A stretch of DNA of 64,000 nucleotides from Felis catus (taxonomy: Eukaryota), in the NCBI RefSeq assembly GCF_018350175.1, contig NC_058368.1, positions 3,782,001 to 3,846,000 of the forward strand, read 5' to 3'. The notes below the pieces were generated by a model. The model worked only from the letters and a program-made list of their open reading frames with translations. It searched no databases and was not told the DNA's origin. This document shows positions 51,788 to 63,751 of the stretch, in pieces; position 1 is the stretch's first letter; each line of letters begins with the position of its first letter. The position numbers and the translations under genes are program-made.

Positions 51788-52000
51788 GGGGACACCTGGG
51801 TGGCTCAGTCAGTTGAGCGGCTGACTGTTGATTTCAGCTCCGGTCATGATCCCAGGGTCATGGGATTGAGCCCCGCATTGGATTCCTCACTGAGCATGGA
51901 ACCTATTTAAGATTCTCTCCCCCCCCCTCTCTAACCCCCTTCCCTCTGCCCCTCTTCCCTGCTCCTGTGCTCTTTCTCTCTCTCCTTCTCAAAATACAAT
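51788..52000 (+). mobile_element. CAN-SINE
   Basis: gggacacctgggtggctcagtcagttgag...ggtcatgatcccaggg, pyrimidine tract. Confidence 0.92.
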
Positions 52001-52639
52001 ACATTGAAAAGCTTTGGGTCCGTAGAGAGAGCTCTCGCCACAGAAAGGATTGCTGGATGTAGGAAATGAATTTAAATTAACTAGGGCCCCTAGCACAAAG
52101 TTCAGCGTTCTTTTACCACATCATGGTGTCCCTCTGAATTGTGAAATCACAACTGATAATTCTGACACATACACTGTACCAATTTAACCTAAACAGTCAC
52201 AGAAAGAACCCTGACTTATCGAGCCTCTTTTGAAAATACAGTCCAAAAAATTAAAAAAGAACCCAGGATGTCATCACAGAAGTAAATATGTCAGAGAAGG
52301 GATGGGTTTTATAGAAGCGACCCGAGAACTTATTCCCAGTTAGTTTTAATCACCAAAGAAGAAAACTTCAAAGCAGAAACAACGGCTACTTGGGACTCTC
52401 TCTCTTCCAACTTTGCCTAGCTTCCCTGGAGTTGGGGGTTGGGGGCACGTGACTATTATTATTTATAAGCACTTTGTTTAGTACCTTTATTCAGATATCA
52501 TTAGCAGACCATAAGCATTTATCCACTTATGGTATATAATTAAGAGATTTTGAGCATATCCACAGAGGCGTGCGGTGATCACCCCCTCAGTGTCTCTTCC
52601 AGACATTTTCCGTAAGTCAAATAACATAATGTGGATGTT

Positions 52640-54900
52640 TTGTGACCAGTTTTGTGACACCCTGCATGTTTTCAAGGTTCATCCATATGGCAGTATGTAA
52701 CAGTCCTTCATTACTGTTTACAGCTGAATCCCGTTGTATGGGTGTACATTTTTTTAATTCATCCATTAGTTGATGAGCATTTCTGTTGTTTCTAGATTAT
52801 TCTGAATAATGCTGCCATAAACATGTGCATACAAGTTTTGTGTGAAAACACATTTTTATGTCTCTTGGCATACTAAAAGAAGTGTTGCCCCACATCCTTG
52901 TCAACAATTTGCTATTATTTGTCTTCCTATCTTTTTAGTATTTATTCATTTTTGAGACAGGGACAGAGCATGAACAAGGGAGAGCAGAGACAGAGGGAGA
53001 CACAGAATCTGAAGCAGGCTCCAGGCTCCGAGCTGTCTGCACAGAGCCCGGCACAGGGCTTGAACTCACAAACTGGGAGATCATGACCTGAGCTGAAGTC
53101 GGACACTTAACTGAGCCACCCAGGCACCCCTACTTTTTCCTTTTATTATAGCCTTTCTAGAGGGTGTGGAGTGGTATCTCATTGTGATTTTGGTTTGTAT
53201 TTCCTTAGTGGCTAATAGTTTTGAGTATCTTTTCATGCAATTACTGGTTATTTGTGTATTTTCTTTGGAGAAATAACTATCCAGATCCTTTGCCTGTTTT
53301 TAACAGAGTGGTCTTCTCATTGCGGAGTTGTTAAAGTTCTCTCTACATACTCTGGTTATAAGTCTCTTGTTAGATACGTGATTTGCAAATATTTTCTCCC
53401 ACTCAGTGTGTTGTTTTTTCACTTTCTTGATGGCAAAACCTTGTTAATTTTGGTGAAGCCACATTTGTCCGGTTTTTTCATTTGTTGCTTATGACCGCCC
53501 CACCCACGGTTACAAGGATTGACTCTGATATTTTCTTCTAGGAGTCTTTTCTTTAAGCTCCTGCACGAGGCCTGTGACCCATTTTAAGTTAACTTTTGTG
53601 CGTGGTTGAAGGAAGGGAACACGTTTCCTTCTTTTGCATTTGTTTGCATATATCATGTAAATTACATAATTTGTCAGTACAGGGTTGTTCGCAGTATTCC
53701 TTGAAAATCCTTTTCTCTAAGGTTGATATTGATGGTCCCTCTTTCACTCCTGGCTTGAAGAATTTGAGTCTTTCCTCTTTTCTTTCTTGGTCTGTTTAGC
53801 CTCTGAGACTCCTGTCCCCAAAGTCCCTGTTGAGCTTCTGGTTGGTTTGCCTCTGTGCGTATCACACTCAGTTCTTAGCCTCCACTAATTGCTGGCTGAT
53901 TTCCCTGTTATTTTCAACAACACCTAGGCATAAACTGTTCCTCAGTTGGATCCAATTACAGTCCAGTCCCTTTGCAGGAGTAATCTTTGAGGCCAGTCTC
54001 TGAGGTTTCCTCCACCCTGGTGGTGGGGCAGTGAGGGGGAGCTTTTTTCTTTTTCCCTGGGTTTCTCTCTTAAATTCCTAGCTGGTCCACCATTTAGCTT
54101 TTTGCTATCACGGAGCTTCCAACGTCCTGTTAATTGCTCATTACCAAGATCTCCACTGTGTCCTTAGGTATGAGCTTCCCCACACCCTCTTCGAAATAAA
54201 ATCCTTCTTCTCAGGGAGAGCTGTGGGGCCATGTTACAGCCTGTGTTTCCCACTGCCCAGAACCTCTGCCCTGCTGCCCCAGAGCTGGAGGCAGGCAGCA
54301 GCCTTTTCCTTCACAGTGACCCTTGTGCTCTATGGGCAGGGCACTGATTGGGGTCTGTAGCCCTTGCTATTTATTTTCAGTTTTCCTCTCCCAAGGCGGA
54401 ACCTCCACCCTATGAGTAAGCTATGGTGGGGTCATTAGTAGAAGCCCAATATTCTTACCCCGCTATACCTGGCGTAGAGCTTCCACACCTCCCACCATCC
54501 CCCCGCCCCCAGTGGTGGCTGGATAGGTGGAAAGCCCCACACCCCTCAGCCACGTCTGCACACAGCTTGGGGACCGGGGCTGAGAAGGGTGGAGGCCTGC
54601 CCCTCCCAAGGAGAAGCCGATATCCTAGACCAGGAACTGGGGAGAGAGGCCATCTTCTCCGTCCACATTCCTCCAGAGCAGAGTTTCCATGGCATTGACC
54701 AGATGCCCAGATTCTTGCTCTTCTTACCAAGATTTAGTAGATTTTCATGAACAAATGTTCCTTCATTGCCTGTATGCCCTTGGGACAATTTCCAGACACT
54801 TCAAATGATTGTTTTTAAAACTTTGCACCACTATGGTTGTTCCACTGGGGAGCCCGTGTGCAGAGATCCTCATTTATTCCGATACTTTTCCCCTGTGTAC
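52640..54900 (-). mobile_element. Ancient L1 fragments (ORF2 end ~52640-53640; 5' region ~53780-54900)
   Basis: catgttttcaaggttcatccat, gtggtatctcattgtgattttgg, tttgcaaatattttctccc; ancient L1 5'-end-like ttttcatgaacaaatgttccttcattg. Confidence 0.7.
52930..53130 (-). mobile_element. CAN-SINE
   Basis: Antisense body ending caggcacccc. Confidence 0.93.
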
Positions 54901-55728
54901 CTTTATCTTTCCTTTTTAAGTTTCTATTTGTTTTCCAATGTAGTATGTTAACTTCAGGCATGTAACATACTGTGTCTTCACAAATGCATATAATTTACAA
55001 ATAAATATACATGTACCGGGTCGCTCAAAATATTTTTTACTGATAGGGTGCTCAAACTGGAGCTGTCATGCCCTTGTACACACGACTGGGGTTTTTCCAT
55101 ACACTGCTTTGGCTGTATTTAGCTTTCCTGCCAGGACAATTATGGCAAGTGCTCTGAATCCTCTGTGTTCTCACCCTCCACAGCATCAAACTGTTGCCAG
55201 TTACTTCTTTCTAAGGCAACAGAAAAGAAGTCCTGACTCTGAGATCGTATTAGTTTCGGCAGTGAAAATGAATTAATAACTTTTGAATTCTTTGACACAA
55301 ACGTACACCCTGCAACCTTTGCTGGATAGTAAGGACATTTTTAGAGCAACGGTTCGCAATTCTTTTCACTATGCTGCCTGCAAAACAGATAGAAAATGAT
55401 TCGCATGTCCTTAATAATATAGCGCAACCTGTATCAATCTTATATTATCCTTGTGAGAGTGAAGTTTTTGAAAGAAATGGTTGTCACTATCACCTATGAG
55501 GTGATATGAAACCTTTCATTGGGCTTCTCTTATTGGACACTGACTTACCCCCTCCATTTGTACTTTTGAAAAAGTTTGCTTTCATGTAATCTGAGCATTA
55601 GAAACATTTCCGCCTTGGGACTACTCGTTTTCTTACATGAAACACATGTTTAAATTCTCCAGGATCTTTATGTTTCCATCTGGTTCCCAATACGGTAGCA
55701 TAACTCCATTTAAGAAAATCAGAAACTA

Positions 55729-55925
55729 GGGGCAAACGGGGTGGCTCAATTGGTTAAACCTGACTCTCGATTTCGGCTCAGGTCCTAATCTCCCACTCCT
55801 GAGATCCAGCCTGGCTAAGGGCTCCGCGTTGGGCAAGGAGCCCGCTCGGGCTTCTCTTTCCTTCTCCCTCCACCCCTCTGCTGCTCACGCTCTCTCTCTA
55901 AATAAATAAACAGTAATAAATCAGA
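55729..55925 (+). mobile_element. Older CAN-SINE
   Basis: gggtggctcaattggttaa...ttcggctcaggtc, pyrimidine tract, aataaataaa. Confidence 0.87.
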
Positions 55926-56761
55926 AAACACACCAAAATGATCCTTGCAGGAAGGAGAGAATTTACCTCCCGAGCACATGCACCAAACGTGTTCAGATAC
56001 CCAAACCATTCTCCAGACACAAAAATGCTAAAACCAAGTTCACCCTCCTGTGTAGACAAAGGGGCGCAACTGTGTGGACGCAACCAGAAAATCCACGATT
56101 GAGGTACATCAGCACTCACAGGATACCTGGAGGCCATGGAAACACAGTGGGGCGCACCTCTCCAGGCCTGGGAAAACCAGAGTAAAAGCGGCTTCGTAAA
56201 AGTCGTGATCAGCGCTCGCTGCGAAGGAGCCCTACGCAGGGAGCTGGCGGTGCGCGGCGGCATTTCTGCCGGCACCAGGCTTCCGCCCATCCCGCGGGGT
56301 GCCTCCTCGCGGCGGGGGCCGGCCCTTGCTTTGCAGGAGTGTCGACGAGGAGAGGGCGCCGCTTCCGGAGCCCCAGGGGTGGCAGGCAAGGCTCTCGAGC
56401 CTCCTGCAAGGGACCATGCCCCCGGCGGGGACGCCCTAAATTAGGAAATGCGCCGGCTGTTGCAGCGGGGGCCCCGGAGCCCAGGTGGGAAGAGGGGTGG
56501 TTGCGCGAGCCCCAGGCCCGGGATGCCCGAGGCGGGCGCCCGAGGGCCGGAGGGGAGCAGGAGGGCGCCCCCCGCGGGCAGCCTGGAGGAGCCGGCTGGG
56601 AGCGGGGGGTCTGCGAGCACCCTGCTCAGCGACGCGCGCGCGTGCGCGACCGTGGGGGGCGAGCGGAGGGCGGGAGGGGGCGCCGGGGTGCTGTCGGGGC
56701 TCGCGGCGGTGGGACGGGCGGCACGCGGGGGCGCGGTCGTGCGGGGCGCGCGGCGCTGGGG

Positions 56762-56775
56762 CCGGCAGGGGGCGC
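56762..56775 (+). promoter_or_regulatory. CTCF-consensus motif
   Basis: CCGGCAGGGGGCGC versus the core CCA(C/G)(C/T)AG(A/G)(G/T)GGC(A/G)C. Confidence 0.55.
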
Positions 56776-56810
56776 GGCGGAGGGGAGCCGGGGGGCGCGT
56801 CCCGCCGCCG

Positions 56811-56824
56811 GCGCCCCCTGCTGG
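56811..56824 (-). promoter_or_regulatory. CTCF-consensus motif
   Basis: Reverse complement reads CCAGCAGGGGGCGC, an exact core match. Confidence 0.65.
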
Positions 56825-59800
56825 GTCCGGCGCGCGCGCGAGAGCGAGGCCGCCCCGGGGCGGTGCGGGGGACCGGGCCGAGTCTCCCCCCCCCCCCCCC
56901 GAGGGGAACGGCCTCCGCCTCCCCGCGCGCCCGGCCGGTGGCGCGGGGAGCCCGGGCGGGGATGGGGGCCCCCGCGGCTCGGGGGGAGCGGTGCCCCCGC
57001 CCAGGAGCAGAGCTGTCGCTGCGGTCGCCGAGGAAGGAGGACGGAGCCCAGGCCCGCGCGGTCCGGGGAGAAGCCGGGGGTCTCATCCCGTCGGGAATGA
57101 AGGGAAGTGCGGTGGCCGTTTGCTCGCCCGGACCGCCAGGAGGACCGCAGGTAGAGAGAATGGTCACGGGCCACCACTCCGCTCTCCGTTGCCCGGATGT
57201 CCTTCCTTCCTTCTCTTGCAGCCCCTGAACGGACTCCTCCGAGGTTGGGGCCGCCTAGTTCCTCCGCAGCCCTTGCCCAAGACCCCGGAGCTACCTTCCC
57301 ACCCCGCCCCCTCTCTCTCGGCACCCCCTGTGTCCCACGCAACGTGGGACGTCCTCTGCCAGGCTGTGAGGGCTCTGGCACAGGTGGGAAACGTAGCCGG
57401 GACAGGTGGCCTTTCTTTGCGGGAGAAAACTTTGCTAACTGATGTGCGTGCGCTCTGCCAGCACTTAAATAACTTTGTCGGGGCCGGGGTGGGGGAGGGG
57501 AAGAGTAGGGGGGAGGGAGAGGGAGGCCGGCGTGGGCGGGGGGGGGGGGTTGCGGGGATGAGACGGAATGGAGATAAGATTGATTTGTTTCCTGCAGATT
57601 GATTTTGCCAAAAAACATTGCCCTGGATGGGCGACTAGCCCATCCACGGACACTGAGTAAGCAGAGTAAATGCACCGAGTACAAAGTTGCCCAGGGTTAG
57701 TTGGGGCGTTTTCGCGGAGACGCAGAGATGCTTAAAATCACAGGTGGCTCACCCGCTCTTCGGTGGGATTATAACGAAGATCCAACCCCCTTGTACCCAT
57801 TATCCCCCGTTAAGTTCCCAGGGTTGGCATTTATGTATTTGCGTGTTCTCGTTTGGTTAAACCAGAGTTAGCGAGTTGATAATTTTTAAGTCGTTACTGG
57901 GTGCTCTGGTGTTTATACATACCGACACAATCACACGCAGTTTGTTTTTTTTTTTTTTTTTGTGAAACAACTCATGGAGTGATGCCGAATGTTGTGCAGG
58001 TGGATTGTTAGCGACGGCGCTCTGTGTGTTAATGCCGCCGGGTGGGCTTTAACACAGGTAGATCTGTGTTTGTAAAGCAGTGGAATCGTGTTTAGTTTTC
58101 TTTTAAAGCAAATATTTTCCTATGGCTCTCACTGTGCTTTTCTTTCTTGAATGCGAGCAGGCTATTTTAACCCCCCCCCCTAAAAAATACAATCGATATC
58201 ACAATATTTTTCAAAATTTTCCAGGAGCTGACCTCCTGGTTTTGGTGATGGAATGTTTCACTAAAAGGTTCAGTGTCTCTGGTAGGAGAACTTCCTCTCT
58301 AGAAAAGAAGGTGTCTCCAAAGTGACATCTGTTCCGCGTGTGTAAAAATATGGAGTAGACTTTTAAATTTATTGAGTTACCGTATTTTCAAGTATTTCAT
58401 TTTGCTTAAGTCCTATGCTCTTCTGATGTTTAATGTATGTTATTACTGAACCAGACATTAAACACAATTTTTAGTAGATATTACACCTAAATCATTCATG
58501 TACAGTGTGGGCTTAAAAGTGTAGAAAACCTGGCCTGTAAAACAATTACATCTATAAGATAAATATCGGAAAAAATACAGTGATGAAAATCCATTTAGCA
58601 AGTGAAAATCATTAGATATACATAGCAGCCTATGAAAGAAATCAGGAAACTGATGTTTAACAAATAATGTATTTGCTTTTTTAAACTATTCTAATACCTC
58701 TTTCAGAGAGAATGAGGATCATATGACTCATTTCATTTTTAAAGAATCATTTTAATTGTGTCTAGAGGATATTTTAGATAGATTATATTAAATATATATG
58801 TACACTATTACATTTCAGTCAGCATCATTGTATTATCTTGGGTATGACTTCTTAAAAGTTATTAGGCCCTCATTTAGATGTTTAGTTCTTTCGATTGTGC
58901 CCTAAAAGAGCTTCTAATGCCCTTTGGGCAAAATAGGCAACTATCTATGGACGTACAGTTAAGCAAAAAGTTAATGTTAATTTTACTTCTTTCTCTAGAA
59001 TTGCACTGTTAGAAAGCGATTTATAGGGACATGCTTATTGTAATATAATAACCCTTCTAATTAGGTGATGTTGCTTTGTGATTTTTCAAAAAGTGCCCAT
59101 TTCGTTGTATCTTTGGTGGTTAAATTTATGTGAAGTCAACACAACTAGTTATATGGCGTGAGTGGTACAAATACAGGGTTATCTGTGTGAAGTATTCCTC
59201 CTTTGAAGTTATATTTGCCTGTAACTTTCCCATCCTGACACCTTCTAAATTCGGAAACAAAATAGCTACCCATAACGGCCTGAGTTTTTAGTATATCATT
59301 TTGTTACACATGAGGGAGATACTCGTGCTGGAATAGGAGGCATCAGGAAAAGGAAGGATATAGTCAGTAAATCAATGCTTCCAAACTATTTTAAGGTCAT
59401 GGATTCCTTTGAAAACCTGGCGATAGTTAGACATCTGCTCTTTGGACTGGGTTTCAAAAGGTTAACTGTTCTTGTAGGCAGTTCTGGATCCCTGGCTGAG
59501 ATCACTCAGATTAAGTTCTCAGCATGTAGGTGGGCTTGGTTGCGGCACCTGCAAACCCTTGAGTCAGTCCGTTATAATGAAGTGTAATTACATGAATACT
59601 TACGTTAATCATAAAACAATGAACACTTAATTGGATAAGTAACAGGAACCTGGTATTAATTTATAGAAATGTGCCTGGAATATTTTGTCTTCGTAGACTT
59701 TACTCTTTGTTGCTAAACTCCTTTTTCAAAAATAACATACAGTAAATGAATTGAATGATAAAAGGGGAAGTTGAAAAACTAGGAAATCTTAACTACAGTC

Positions 59801-59857
59801 ATATTGCATTGAAGACAGGGGCCTCAGTAGCAACCAGGTATAAAAAGACTAAGGCTG

Positions 59858-60058
59858 AGGCACCTGGGTGGCTCAGGAGGTTCAGCCTCTGAGTCTGGAT
59901 TTCGGCATCAACGTGAGATGATTGTCACCGTCTCAGGGTTGGTGAGATCGAGCCCTGTGTCAGGCTCTGAGCTGACAGCACAGGGCCTGCTTGGGAGTCT
60001 CTCTCTGCCCCTCCCCTGTTCACACTCTGTGTCTTGAAATAAACAAACACTGAAAAAA
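59858..60058 (+). mobile_element. CAN-SINE
   Basis: Head and body; TSD aaag(a/g)ctaaggctg. Confidence 0.9.
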
Positions 60059-60428
60059 AAGGCTAAGGCTGTATAAAAGTTGTTTTTATAAAAATGTCTT
60101 TAGGAGTCACCAGATTATTTACATGAAATTCTGTGGGTTGGATTATAACCGAGGTTGTTTTGCCTTTCAAAGGCTTGGTTCCCAGATGCTCCAATCCCCA
60201 GCCAGTGCACGCCTTCCTGCCCCATGGCTGCTCTTGGAAGCCATGGTTCCTCTTCCGTAACCTTGGTATCCTTCTCCCTTAAGATTCTTGACTCTGTTTA
60301 TAATTGCCTATACTCTGAAATGATTTCAGGTAAATACCCAGTAAACCATTCTCCAAAGACTTTGCCTCTAACATGTAGAGAGCTTGCTGCTGTCTCTCTG
60401 ACTTCTAGCACTTGCTCTAAAAAGCGCT

Positions 60429-60656
60429 GGGATGCCCGGGTGGCTCGGTCGATTGAGTGTCTGACTTCGGCTCAGGTCATGATCTCGAGGTTGGTGAGTT
60501 CGAGCCCCGTGTCGGGCTCTGTGCTGACAGCTCAGAGCCTGGAGCCTGCTTCCGATTCTGTGTCTCCCTCTCTCTCTCTGCCCCTCCCTCGCTCACGCTC
60601 TGTCTCAAAAATAAATAAACATTAAAAAAATTTTTTTTAATTAAAAAAAAAAAAAG
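60429..60656 (+). mobile_element. CAN-SINE
   Basis: Near-consensus; TSD aaaag(c/t)gctg. Confidence 0.96.
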
Positions 60657-60689
60657 AAAAGTGCTGTGTTCCTCACCTTGAGTGAGCTC

Positions 60690-60850
60690 CTCCTTTAGGC
60701 CTGGCACGGTGGGCATTCATTACATTCATCCGTCTTCACAAGCACCCTGTGAGGAGGGCCCCACTTAACACAGACAGAAACCAGGCCCAGAGAGGCTGTG
60801 GTTTGCCAAGGTGATTGCTCAGCAGGGTTGAGGAATAACACAGACCTTAC
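60690..60850 (-). mobile_element. MIR
   Basis: caagcaccctgtgagg...acagacagaaaccaggcccagagaggctg...ttgccaaggt. Confidence 0.7.
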
Positions 60851-62562
60851 ACCCTGCTCGCCCCACACTCCCTCCCCCACTCCCACTGCCCCGGCCCTAG
60901 CACAGAGACAAGAGGAAAGAAAACTTTCCTCTGGTCAGTCTGGCGTTCTTCTTGTGAATGCAAGCTAGCTCAAATGTCTGGTCGACCAAACTATCGCTAG
61001 TAACACTTTGAATCAAGGAAGAAGACTCATCTTTAAGGTGAATGTTCGCTAGCATAAAGAGTCAGCACCAGTAACCGCGGTGCCCTGACAGCCTTGGATT
61101 CTTCCTTAGAAACCCTGCAGAAGTCTTGGAGGGGACTTCAGTGCCTACATTTTCTAATTAAATAGATTTCTCTGATTTTTTCAATAAATTGGGAAATAAC
61201 AGAAGGCCTGTACAGTACATAAAATAGTATCTCATTGACACGGCGTTCCGTTAGCAAGTCTGGAGACGTGTGGAGCACGGTGCGATGGTGTCCAGCCCGC
61301 TGTTCTCACCTTTGTTATGAAAGCTTTTCATGTTAGTCATACTTATCTGAAGCAACAGTTGTGTCACCCTTCACATATCATCCTATTTTGCGGCCTAAGT
61401 TTTGCGTTCCGGCTTCTTTTCCCCTTTGCTTTCCATAATCCAAACTTTGGTGAGAATGACCCAACTGGAATAACAAAAGAACGATATTCCAGTCCCTTCC
61501 TATGGCCCGTCTCACGCCCAGGCGGCTGTCCTGCGGTGTATGTTTCTTTGAGAAATACCACATGGTGCTTAGGGTTCCACGTGACTCTTCCAGCTGTGAG
61601 AACCTTTCTACGAGTCTGGAAAGGTGGGCATCACTATCTCTTTGAAAAATGCTCCTCTCTTGTATTTTTTTTTTCCACCTCCTCCTTGAATCCTCACCAG
61701 GTGCATTTTGGCCCTTCTTGTTTCCGTCTTCCGTCTCTGCTCAGGCTGCTGATTCCCTCCTTCCACATCATGATGGTTTAATTGCTCCAGTGATTTGTAA
61801 TTATTTTGTGTGAGCTCATCTACACTGAGAGTTATTCTTAGATAGGAATCTCAACTGCAGCAGGTGTGAAAGTCTCCCTAGTGGTGTTTCTTCTCATGTA
61901 TCTGCTGGGATGCAGAGGTTTTATGGGTCTCAGAGCAGCTCTTATGTCAATTCCAAGGCTTGGGGTGATAGCACATATCTTTTGTAAGTTTGGACACATT
62001 CACACCTATAAATGGTACAGGCTCGTAGTTGGTGCAAGCTTATGACTTTGCTTTCTACCCAGTGGTTCATCTTTCTATCACAAGCCTTAGAGAGGGAGGG
62101 ATCCCTTCTTGTACTTTCTTTGCATGGTGGGAGCTCTGGCCTTCTGCTGGACAGAGGCCAACTCTCCCGTCTTTGTTGAGCGTTAGGATTCAGGCTCAAT
62201 ATCTAGGCCCTAGATCCATAAGTGGATCTAATAACCTGCATCTCTGCCTCTAATTTCCATTCTTTTTTCTAGCCTTGAGAATGTTCCATTCGTTCCTGTT
62301 TGACTATATATTTGTAAAGTATTACATTTTGTGAAGAATTTCCGTGTCTTGGTGCTGCAAATGGTGCTCTCTCATGTCTTCTCAGTCCATTATATTGGAA
62401 GAACTCTGTGGGTGTAATAAATTTCACTATTTGGGGGGAATACTTCCTATGCAACCATTTCTGAAGATAATTGTGATATTACGAAAAATAAGCTGTACTA
62501 GCTAGATTCTGAGCTAGATTCACAAAAGGACTCCATGACATTCATTATCTAAATTTTATTTT

Positions 62563-62779
62563 GGGGGTACCTGGGTGGCTCAGTCGGCTGAGCATCCGAC
62601 TTCGGCTCAGGTCGTGATCTCGCGGTCCGTGAGTTCGAGCCCCGCGTCGGGCTCTGTGCCGACAGCTCGGAGCCGGGAGCCTGCTTCGGGTTCTGTGTCC
62701 CCCTCTCTCTCTGCCCCTCCCCTGCTCACGCTCTGTCTCTCTCTGTCTCAAAAATGAATAAAACATTAAAAAAATTGTT
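62563..62779 (+). mobile_element. Felid CAN-SINE
   Basis: CpG-rich, near-consensus; flanking aattttattt repeats. Confidence 0.96.
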
Positions 62780-62789
62780 TAATTTTATT

Positions 62790-62988
62790 TTTTTCAAAGT
62801 GTTTTTTTAACTGTATTTATTCTGAGAGAGAGAGAACAAGCAGAGGAATGGCAGAGAGAGAGGGAGAGAGAGACTCCCAAGCAGGCTCTTCTCTGGCAGC
62901 ACGGAGCCCAATCTCATGAATTGTGAGATTGTGATCTGAACCCAAATCAAGAGTCAGATGCTTAACTGATGGAGCCAGCCAGGCGCCG
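62790..62988 (-). mobile_element. CAN-SINE, tail-to-tail with the preceding copy
   Basis: (GA)n, cccaagcaggctc...gagccagccaggcgcc. Confidence 0.9.
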
Positions 62989-63549
62989 CTAATTAAATCT
63001 TAAATAAACCAAATTTTAACCGACCTCTGGGATTTTCAAATTAGCAATAAAGTTAAATGCTATATTAAATGATATTGAATGATTAGATGTATAATAAGAG
63101 TAATTCTCATTTATGTTCATCTGTGGATTAAGTTGGTTATCTAACCTGTTGTTTATTTTTGAGCTGTCTACACCTTTACTACGAAATTTTGTTTTTATTT
63201 ATTAGTATTTCTTCCAAATATTCATTGGAAAGTGAGGACAGACATCAGGACAGTTTTGAGCATTCGGTTGCTTGAAACTAATAAATTGAGGTTTGGGTGT
63301 TTTATTTACCTTGTGACGTAAAACTGAGACCTGAAGTATGAATTTGTGGTCAGGACAGGTACTCAAGTTAAGTACTGGTTGATTTTAGATTTTTACTTTG
63401 CAGGGAGCGTGAAGGGGACATAAGAATGTAATATAATCATCAGATTCACCTCTTGGATTAACCATGATAATGAGACAATAAATTTATTTTAAAGTAGTAA
63501 AACCCAACTAAAACACGACTTGCATATCTACAACGAGAAGTATCAGAAG

Positions 63550-63751
63550 TAGGTAGGCAAGCTTTTTCTGTAAATAATAAATATTTTAGGCTCTGCGGGC
63601 CGTAAGATTTCTGTCACAAGTACACAACTCTGCAGTGGTAGGGTTGGAAATACATAAACAAGTCAGCATGGCTGTGGCCTGGGAAGACTGTCCTTAACAA
63701 AAACAGGTGGCCGGTCTTCTTTGACACACAGGCCATCATTGACCAAACCTG
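63550..63751 (+). mobile_element. MER58A-like hAT-Charlie MITE
   Basis: ggcaagctttttctgtaaa...aaatattttaggctctgcgggcc...gcatggctgtg...acaaaaacaggtggccgg...tgaccaaacctg. Confidence 0.85.

Larger units (their letters stand above)
56140..57570 (+). promoter_or_regulatory. CpG island; probable promoter and first exon of an unidentified gene (probably + strand)
   Basis: Very high GC and CpG density; GC boxes; NRF1-type GCGCGTGCGC at 56638-56647; ETS-type CTTCCGG at ~56362; G-rich + strand; candidate donors CAG|gtagag (57150/57151) and CAG|gtggga (~57383). Confidence 0.85.

Noticed and set aside
56140..57570. Assigning a gene symbol to the CpG-island promoter
   Set aside because: I do not recognise the sequence with enough certainty and no diagnostic coding exon is in the window
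56339..57684. Long overlapping ORFs (243-384 aa) on both strands
   Set aside because: Gly/Arg/Ala/Pro low-complexity translations open in most frames are an expected artefact of stop-codon scarcity in a CpG island; no recognisable domain
1944..62766. Recurrent short ORFs such as MAQSVKRPTSAQVMIS... and ...GRERGRHRI...
   Set aside because: Translations of CAN-SINE bodies, not a gene family
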